Shown piece after piece: positions 52,500-64,000 of a stretch of DNA of 64,000 nucleotides. The position numbers and the translations under genes are program-made. The number at the start of each line of letters is the position of its first letter. The first letter of the stretch is position 1. Under the pieces are notes generated by a model. It was not told the origin of the DNA. It searched no databases and saw nothing but the letters and a program-made list of their open reading frames with translations. The stretch covers positions 112,211,899 to 112,275,898 of the forward strand of contig NC_092380.1 of NCBI RefSeq assembly GCF_030028105.1, in the 5' to 3' direction. Origin of the DNA: Mobula birostris. Lineage: Eukaryota.

Positions 52500-52745
52500 T
52501 GCCATGGATGGTCCCAAGCCCGGATGCAAAAGGAGGGGGTTGGCCATGGGGCTAGAAACCCCATCCCGTAAAAACCCAGAGCTACAGGAATGCCAAAAGA
52601 AGCTCCAAAGAAATCATCCCTGGGAGAAGAAGGATCTACACCTTGGAAGACTGAAAGACTGACCCAGAACAGAGGAATCTGGTGAGCTACTGTTGGCAGC
52701 CTATGCCCCAGTCAGGGTGATGGGTTTAAGACAACGACAACAACA
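52500..52745 (+). mobile_element. Bipartite RTE-derived short element
   Basis: 5' GGTCCCAAGCCCGGATGCAAAAGGAGGGGGTTGG...CCCCATCCCGTAAAA joined to an RTE C-terminal remnant (LTQNRGIW.ATVGSLCP) and a (CAA)n-like tail. Other copies at 23390 and 46600. Confidence 0.7.
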
Positions 52746-52982
52746 CAGTCCAGGCCCTTCGGCCTATGATGATGTGCCGACCCTATAACCTACTCCATGA
52801 TCAATCTAACCCTTCCCTCCTACATAACCATCCATTTTGCTATCATCTATGTAAAAGTCTCTTACATAGGCCCTAATATGTCTACCTCCACCATTGCTCC
52901 TTGTATTAGCCATTTCGGCCTTGGGGAAAAAGTATCTGGCTGTCCACTCTATGCTTTTATCATCTTGTACACATCTATCTAG

Positions 52983-53343
52983 GTGGTGGGGTGGAGATGC
53001 GTCTCTACCAAAGGAGGTGTAAAGTCACCCTTTCCTCCAAGAACATACTGGTCATCTTTGGCCAAGGTGTAGCATCTGCTTAGTCCACCGCCCCTGATCA
53101 GTGTCACACGAAGCCATGGGAGCAGGTGGTGGATGGCTGTTTGAGCAGCTGGCACATATCACATCCTTGTTATGCCAGGTAGACAATCTCTGAAGAGTAG
53201 CCATAATGGCTAGGGTCACCTGTCTTGTAAAAACACTGCCCAGAAGGCAAAGGCAAACCACATCTGCAGAAAATTTGCCAAGGACAATCATGATCATAAA
53301 GACCATGATCACCCAACATCATACAACACGGCACATAATGATA
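52983..53343 (+). mobile_element. RTE-tail SINE-like element with TSD of about 14 bp
   Basis: ACACATCTATC(T/A)AG flanks both sides (52969-52982 and 53344-53357); inserted in a minus-strand CR1 fragment. Confidence 0.8.
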
Positions 53344-54557
53344 ACACATCTATCAAGTCACCTCTCAGCCTCTGTCGCTCCAAAGAGAAAAGCCTTAGCT
53401 TACACATGCTATCTTCATAAATCATGTTGCCTAAGCCAGGCAGCATCCTGATAAATTTCCTCTCCATCCTCTCTATAACTTCCATGTTCTTCCTATAATG
53501 AAGCAATCAGAACCAAACACAATACAGGTGGATGGTAGGCGGAAAGAGATAAGGAAGGGACAGATAAACTGAGGGAGATGAAATCTAGGTAGACACAAAG
53601 AACACTGGGAATATAGACTATATGATATTGGAAAAATCAACTCTGATGCAATGGGTTGTAACCAACCAAAGTGGAAAACGAGGCGAGGTTCTTTCAATTT
53701 GCTCTTAGCCTCTCCGTAGCCAAGGTGTCCGTAAAACTATTGCCTAGTCTTAGCTCAGTTTCACCAATGTAGAGGAGGCTACATCACAAACACTGAATGC
53801 AGTGGACCAGGAAGAGATTCAGGTGAATGCCTCACCTGGGAGGGCTGTTGGGGTCTCTGGATAGTGATGAGAGAAGAGGTGAAGGGACAACGTGTTACAT
53901 CTCCTTCAGATGCAGGGGAAAGTGCTAAGGGACATAGAGGGGTGGGTGGGGAACAGAACAGACCAAGAGAGGGATACCTGTAGAAAACAACAAAGATTAA
54001 GGAAAGTTGATTAGCTTCAGTTGTCACATGTACATTAAAACATACAGTGAAATACGTCGCTTGCGTCAATGACCAACATAGTCCAAGGATGTGCTGGGAG
54101 CAGCCCAGCACCAACATAGCATGCCCACAACTTACCAGCTTTAATCTGTATCTCTTTGGAATGTGGGAGTACACGATGCAAGCCCATGTGGTCAGGGGAA
54201 GAATGTACAAACTTCTAGCAGACAGGGGCGACAGCCCCAACGCTGGCACTGTGATACCGCTATGCTTCCATGCCACCCATAATTAGAGGTTGGAGGGTAT
54301 AGAGAGGGGAAGATATGAACCAGTGTGGATAATTTAACTTGCTCTCAATGCTGAACTAATTCCACAACCTACAGATACACTTTCAAGGACTCTACAAATC
54401 ATGCTCTCAGTATTATTTATTACTTATTTCTTTCTGTATTTGCAGTTTACCTTCTCTTGCATACTTGTCAGTCTTTCTTTGTGTGTAGTTTTCATTGATT
54501 CACTGATATACTGTGAATGCCCACAAGAAAATAAATCTCAGGGTTGTATATGGTGCA

Positions 54558-54965
54558 TGATTTGTCACCTTGTCGTGGTGGAGAAGCTTGTGTGATCCCG
54601 AGAGCAATGCCGTCTGGAGCTATGCTCCTGGTAGGGTCACCCATGGCAGTAAGGTTGAGGGTGAGGTCCCTGACAAAGAACAATCCAACCAAGACCTCAA
54701 CGCTGGAACAGGCGGACGAAGTTATTTCGAACTCAACGGCTGTGAAGGCAGATGAAGGCTGCAACAAATCCATCAGCTCCAATCGTCATGGTTTCCATGC
54801 CACTGGAATCAGTTGGTTGATTTGTGAAGTATCGTGTGCTTCTTGGAGTGCAACATCAAGTACACGTTAAACTAATACACGCACAGATGCCCCCCCCCGC
54901 TATGGGCCACTTCTTCAGAACAAAGACCATCACCCTCGACCTCAAGGGATAGCCACGACGACGAC
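54558..54965 (+). mobile_element. Bipartite RTE/BovB-like non-autonomous element
   Basis: CACCTTGTCGTGG head resembles BovB/Expander 5' UTRs as recalled; the segment at 54680-54770 is homologous to the RTE 5' region at 11640-11770; (GAC)n tail. Confidence 0.7.
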
Positions 54966-55891
54966 AGAGACAGAGACAGATATATATATATATATAAAAA
55001 ATAAATTTACTTTGAACTTTGATGGAAGGATCACGTTGGAGCTCGCCACACTACAAGTTGCAGAGTGAGAAGAGACTCACCAGAAGATGTGGCCAGAAAT
55101 GAAGGAGAGTTTGAATAGGCCATGTTTATTCTCACTGGAACACCAATGGCTGAGAGGTGACATTGTGAAAGTTTATACAATTATGAGGGGCAACTCCCCC
55201 TCTAATTTTTTTTCTAAAACAGCTGCACAGACCAACCATTGCTCTGAGCAAGAAATTCTTCTATGGCCTGAAAAACGCATGACAATTTTTTTTGTTATAC
55301 GCATTGCATACAATGAATATTTAGAATGAAAATTGAAAAATCACTTATTTTTGATTTTATTTATTAATTGAGGGGTATGAAGTACAGTACAAAGAAAATT
55401 TTTCACATTTTTCAAAGGCTGTGTGCGCAGGAACATTTCAGATACAGTGTAGCAGCACATCCACACAACTTAGAGGGAACAGTGATGAGGGACAAGGATA
55501 AGCATTTTATCATGGGAACCTAGAACTAGAGATTTAAGTGAGAAGGGAGAAATTTAAGAGGAAAAAGTTTACCCTCCTTAGTTAATAGACAAATTATTTT
55601 ATTATTTTTATAAATGTCTGTATTAAGTTAACGTTAACTCCAAAATTCCAGATAAAAGGACACGGGTGTTAGAACACATGGAAACATAACCATCTCCAAA
55701 TTCCCTTTCAAGTCACACAGCATCCTGATTTGGAAATAGTTGATCCTTCACCAATCAAACAGCTTTAGCATAACCAACATCACCTTCAAACACTCTCATG
55801 CTTCAAGAAGGTCCCTTTCAATTCTCAAGAGACGTGGAGTGAGGCAATAAACGATAGTCAAAACTCATCAATATTTTTCAGAAGTACTTAC

Positions 55892-56067
55892 TTCAAAGTT
55901 TCATTGAAACGTACGGTGGCTGCGCAGTGGAAGACTATGTTGATGCAGGATATCAAGAGTTCCTTGTCAGCCTGACTAAGACCAAGCTCTGGCTGAGTCA
56001 ATTCACTGCTCACGGCAACAACCTTCTCTTTGAAATCTGGCTGCTCTTCCCGCAGTCGGTCAAAAAG
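55892..56067 (-). CDS. FAR1: FAR1 exon 3, 176 nt, [12 protein letters not shown]...[12 protein letters not shown]
   Basis: Acceptor CCCTTTGCAG, donor AA|GTAAGT, conserved FHCAATVRF motif. Confidence 0.96.
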
Positions 56068-59000
56068 CTGCAAAGGGGAATTAAATTAAATTAAAACCTG
56101 ATAGCATGAAATTTGATTTCTCCAACTTCTGGAAGATTTTTCCCCCTTCCTCCTCCTCCATTTCCCCTCTCTCGCCTCTAACTCTTTTTTTCATCTGCCT
56201 ATCACCTCTCCCTGGTGCCCCTCCTCCTTCTCTTCCTCTCAAGTTCCTATCAGATTCCTTCTTCTCCAGAACTTTATCTTTTCCTCCCATCATCTTCTAG
56301 CTTGTACTGTTTCCCCTCCACCCTACGTTCTTACCCTGGCATCTTCCCCCTTCCTTTCCAACCCACACGAAAAGTTGACTGTTTATTCATTTCCAAAGAT
56401 GCTGCCTGACTTGTTGAGTTCCTCCAGCGTTTTGTGTATGTGTTGCTCTGAATTTCCAGCATCTGCAGAATCCCTTGTCTTCATGGTATTTTTAATAACT
56501 GGCAGAAAAAGTATCCTTGTAGCAACTAACAGATCAGAAGGGCAAAGGTATTAGTAAAACTGCAGTGTGCAGACACTCCATGGAAATGGAAGAGGATTGG
56601 AATACAACTTCACAACCAGGACTAACATGACTTTAGATTTACTTATTTAGCAACACAGCACAAAATAGATCCTTTCGACCCTTTGAGCTATGCTGCCCCA
56701 GCAACGATTAACCATAACCAAGGGGCAACTTACCTCCACAGAATGTCCTTGGGCTGTGGAAGGATACCAGAGAACATGGAGAAAACCCACAAATTCCACA
56801 GGAAGGATGTACAGAGGTGTCCTGACAGACTGAGCCAGAATAGACCTCCAAACTGCAGAACAGCCTGAGAGCTGTAATAGTGTCGTGGTAACTGCACGCT
56901 ATTGGGACACCCATTTATCACAGGTACGGTATATTGAAGCACAGTGAAATGCGCCATTTGCTTTAACAACCAACATATCAAACAAAGGGCTGAGACATGT
57001 CACAACACATTCCAGCACCAACACAGCATGTCTACAACGATTGGCAGAACACAAGCAACAAAACAACAAAAGGAAAACAAGACCCAGTCCTCCCTCCTGC
57101 TCACCCATGCACATACAGAGTCCTCTAACCCAAGGGCAAGACATTTTCAGCCTCCAGCAGACTTATGAATTTACAGACATTGGGTTTCAACTTCCCCATC
57201 GAACTCACAGACTTGTGGCTTGGCCATTGGGTCTCAACTCCTGGACCTCCAATCGACCTTTGGGCTTTGATCTGAACTTCTGATTGATCTTTGATATCAA
57301 TCCAGGACTCACTAATTATGGTGAAGATGGACCCTGGGTAAGGAACCAAACTCAAAGCCTTGAGTTCCAGACTTGCTGATGATGAGATCGCAAACGATAG
57401 GCCTTGAACACTGGTCTGTGTCTTGCCCTGACTTGCGTATCCACGCGTCTCCCAACCGTCATGCCTCCTGTTTGCATGGAACTCTAATCTCAGAACACAC
57501 CAACATTTCACTGGATCGGGAAGGCCACCAGCCCTCATCCCCTCTGCTTTGCCAGCCCGACATTCAATCACATCCACATCGCTGGCCTTCCAACGCAGAG
57601 CAGAGGTTTCGACTCCAGTCTGTCCTCTAATTCCTCCACATCCTTGTTCCTAAACCCTAACGTGACCCCTAACTCCCCTCTGCCCCCACAACCACCCCCG
57701 TGAACTTAAAAGAACAACTAACCCTGAGCCACAACCTCTGCGGAAATTGCAGCTCAGCACCATCTTGACCTGAAGATTAATTTTTCTTAAGGTTAGAACT
57801 CAGCCTGACCTGTGGAAAAGAGTTTAATCAATATTTGAATATTTCAAAGCACAGAGTGGCTGATTAGTACCACACCCACCACTGTCATAAGCTTGTGGAT
57901 TCAACTGTTCCAAAGAAGCAAGCATGTTTGTATTGAAAAAAAATAAAAGTGATGATGCCTCTAATGCACTACTGGAGCAAAGAGCTGGAAATATTTAGCA
58001 TGTCAGGCGGTTTGAAAATCAAGGGCTAGTGATTGCATTGTAGAGATAATCACGGCACTAATGCTATTTATCAGCAAGTCACGAGTCAGTGACAATAAAC
58101 CTCATTCTATGGCATGGAATTTTTTTCAGATTCAGAATCAGGTTTAATATTACTGGCATACGTTGTGAAATTTGTTGTTTTGCGGCAGCAGTACAGTGCA
58201 ATAGATAGTAACAGTCCTCCAGGTACTCCAGTTTCTTCCCACAGTCCAAAGACGTACCAGTTGATAGGTTAATTGGTCATTGTAAACTGTCCCGTGACTT
58301 GGCTAGGGTTAAACTGGGGGCTGCTGAGTGGCACAGGGTGAAGGGCCTAGTCCACACTATATCTCAATAAATACATAAATAAATATATAAAAATTAAATA
58401 ATTAGTGCAGATTAGTGAGGTATATGGTTTATTGTCCATTCAGAAATCTGATGGCAATAGGAAGAAGCTGTTCCTGAAACATTGAGTGCATGTCTTCAGG
58501 CTCCTGTACCCCCTCCCTGATGGTAGTAATGAGGAAAGGGCATGTCCTGGGGGATGGGATGATCGGTTTTGTGGCAGCAGTACAGTGCAAAGACATAAAA
58601 TTACTATAAATTACAAAACTGGAGCCTGGTTTCTACTGCTCTTTAACCACCTTCTTACCAATAGTCGGCAGATGTTCCTCAACCCACTGAGTTCATTCAG
58701 CAAGTTGCTTGCCATTGTAAGTGTTTGTCTTAAGCAACGTAATTACTATTTTCCCCTGAAGCCTTAAAGCCGACAGCTTCTTAGACAAGTAGATAGCCTC
58801 TACCTATCTCTGGAACCTTTTCTACCTCCGCAAGGCAGCTGTTTCTAGGATTTTCTCTGAACACTGTCCTAAAAACATTAAAGACGTGTCAGTCCATGGC
58901 CTCCTCTTCTGCCATGATGAGGCCACTCTCATGTTGGGTCAGCAGCATCTCATATTCCATCTGGGTAGTCTCCAACCTGACTGTATGAACATCAATTTCT

Positions 59001-59455
59001 CCAACTTCCGATAATTTTTACCCTCCCCCTTCCCTCTTCTTCAATTCCCTACTCTGGCTCCTTACCTCTTCTCCACCTGGCAGCATCCTCCTCCCCCTCC
59101 CCCACCTTCTTATTCTGGAATCTTCCTCCTTACTTTCCAGTCCTGATGAAGGGTCTCAACTGTTTATTCATTTCCATAGATACCACCTGACCTATTGAGA
59201 TCCTCCAGCATTTTGTGTGTTGCCCTAAAATCACTAAGCTTCTGTCCTAATATTCCGTGACTCAGTATCTGTTTTGTTCTGGGACACACCTTAGGGTGTA
59301 TTGTTACATTGCAAGGGTTGTATAAATGTGATTTATCATTGACACAAGAGCTGAGTGTTTGGAAATTATAGCATTATTGTGCAACTATTTTTTGCTGTAG
59401 TTCATCTAGTTCAATATTTACTTTTCAGAATCAGATTTAATATCACTGGCATATA

Positions 59456-61927
<2,472 letters not shown>

Positions 61928-62742
61928 TATCATGAAATTAGTTGTTTTGCAGCAGCAGTACATTGGAATACATAGTAAACAAACTAAGTTACAATGAAAA
62001 ATATATAAAAATCAAAGTAATTTAAATAAGTAGTGTAAAAAGAGACCAACAAAAAAAAGTGAGGTAGTGTACACGAATTCATTGTCCATTCAGAAATCTA
62101 ACAGGCAAGGGGAAAAAGCTGTTCCTAAGACATTGAGTGTGTGTCTTCAAGCTTCTGTACCTCCTCCCTGATGATAGCAATGAGAAGAGGACAAGGTCAC
62201 ACTTGGCTTCATTCTGTTACAGTGGTAGGACAGATTTGGAAGGGGAACATAACCAAACATTCCACACATCCATTCTTGACAACTAGAATCTGAAATTTCC
62301 AGTGAAAGTTTACTGGCCCAGAATTCACATGAGAAATTCTTGCCGAAAGTGCTCAGGCAATGGAAGGAGGGGCAAGGCAAACAGTTGCATGTGCCTCCAA
62401 CTATTTGTGAAGGGCTCAGAACAAGTGAATGATGAAGGGTCTCGGCCCGAAACACTGACTATATACTTCCCTCCATAGATGCAGCCCGCCTTCCGCAGAA
62501 TTTTGTGCATGTTGCTTAAGATTTCCAGCTTCTGCAGAATCTCTTGAGTTGACTATGTGTGACCTTATCAAAAGCCTTGCTAAAATATTTGAGCCTCCTT
62601 TTTAAAGCAATGATGTGACAATTGAGCAGAAAAAAAGGAAATAATGAGATCTAGTTCCAGCATATTTCTCTGGTCTTTGTGGTGCCCACACATCACAACA
62701 CAAGAGCTCTGAAAAGCGTGACTGTTTCTGGAAAACAATTAC

Positions 62743-62931
62743 CTTACAGTTGAGCATTTCTTCCACACGTGCTTGAGAATTCTGGCCTGCCTTGGCTCTC
62801 ACTAGGATGTACGCAGTCTTGACTCCAGGACAAGAGCGCAGCAGTTTCTCAAGCAGCACCTTCCCCATGAAGCCTGTGGCTCCAGTGATGAGAACATTCT
62901 TGCCCAGGTAGAACTCTGGTATCGACACCAT
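62743..62931 (-). CDS. FAR1: FAR1 first coding exon (exon 2), 189 coding nt, MVSIPE...MLNCK
   Basis: ATG at 62931, TGATGFMG nucleotide-binding motif, donor AAG|GTAATT at 62742. Likely acceptor TTTGTTTCTGACAG at 62998-62999 leaves a short 5' UTR part, so a non-coding exon 1 probably lies upstream. Confidence 0.96.
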
Positions 62932-64000
62932 GCTGTCCTCACAACGTGGCCAGCAGGACGTTGGCTGGTTCTTTCTGGGTTCTGAAACCTATGCAGCCTG
63001 TCAGAAACAAAGCAGATGGCGATTATAAACAGAGCAACCACTGCATTCCTTCTTCCAATTCAACAAGCACATGGAGATGAAGGGTTTCAATCCAAAATAT
63101 CAGCTGCCCATTTACCTCAATAGATGCTGCCTGACATGCTGAGTTCCCTCAAAAGAGTGAAATATGATCAATTCTACTTGCTATCGTTACAATGCAAATG
63201 GTATGGAGAATTAACAATGAAAATTATAATGAAATGATAAAGCTTCCAAATGATTTTTGGACTTGTCTTTAAAATAGAAGCTAATCAAAGCTGGAGTGCC
63301 TGTTGTACCTGCCCAGGGTGGAGGCACAAGAAGCAGTCCAGAATAAGTTGGGAGCTGGTCCCTCATCAGTGCTGTTCTCCAGTGGAACACAGGCTGGATT
63401 GCGTTCGTCTATGGCTGCACTTTTTTTTTTTAAAGCGCACGATGATCAGACTATGGGCTTGATCTTACCAACAACATCCCATCCATCATCAATCGACAGG
63501 ACATGACATCACGAGGTTTTAGAACAGACGGCAGAATAGTGGAACAGGCCCTTCAGCACAATGCTCCTGGACCAACCACGACACCAGTTTAAACCAAACC
63601 TTTCTGCCTGCACCAAGATCTATTTCCCTCCATTCCCTGCTCATTCACGTCTATCTGAATATTATCTCAATATTGCTATTGTATTTGCTTCTCAAGATTG
63701 TTTAATGTCATTTCCAGTACACAAGCATTAAGGAGAATGAAATCTGGATCCGATGCAGCACAAACAAAGAATAAAATAAACAAAATAATAATAAAAACTC
63801 AATACAAATACTTAAGAAAGCTTACATATATAGATCAACTGTATGTTGATAAAGTGACACTAGGTACAGGAGGGTCTGTAAATGAAGTGACTGACAGGAA
63901 ACAATAAAGTCGTGGTGGTAGAGGGTGTGGAGGGGTGGAGGTGCTGATCAGCCTTACTGCTTGGAGAAAGTAACTGCTTTTGAGGAGTCTAGTGGTCCTG

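Noticed and set aside
62420-62462. Further hammerhead motifs (also near 59140, 63075, 41410, 19783, 56370)
   Set aside because: Same Penelope-type repeat, but core nucleotides or helices are mutated or deleted, so they were not called as ribozymes.
63000-64000. FAR1 promoter or non-coding exon 1
   Set aside because: No CpG island or convincing donor; the region is mostly repeat fragments, and the transcription start probably lies beyond the window.

Overview
Eukaryotic (vertebrate) genomic DNA. The V-SINE/HE1-like, CR1, Rex1/Babar and Penelope repeat content suggests a cartilaginous fish, probably a ray or skate (inference). The window holds the complete coding sequence of fatty acyl-CoA reductase 1 (FAR1) on the minus strand: ATG at 62931, TGA at 1039-1041, 11 coding exons per transcript, 1548 nt, 515 aa, all GT-AG introns. 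The ninth exon is present as two intact 172-nt homologous copies (28268-28439 and 26907-27078) that look mutually exclusive, and exon 7 has a second in-frame donor 9 nt downstream. Introns are filled with nested transposable elements. The most notable are a Sleeping Beauty-family Tc1 element bounded by two RIGHT IR/DR ends and interrupted by an L1 fragment (59456-61927), three clustered Tigger/pogo elements (one with an open but DDE-deleted transposase ORF), a palindromic hAT MITE, internally deleted and bipartite RTE elements, and Penelope-type ends carrying minimal hammerhead ribozyme motifs. Most ORFs in the supplied track are TE remnants or spurious. No CRISPR array, rRNA or true tRNA gene was seen. 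There is an assembly gap at 51891-52029. Exon numbering follows the mammalian gene from memory, and TE boundaries without TIRs or TSDs are approximate.
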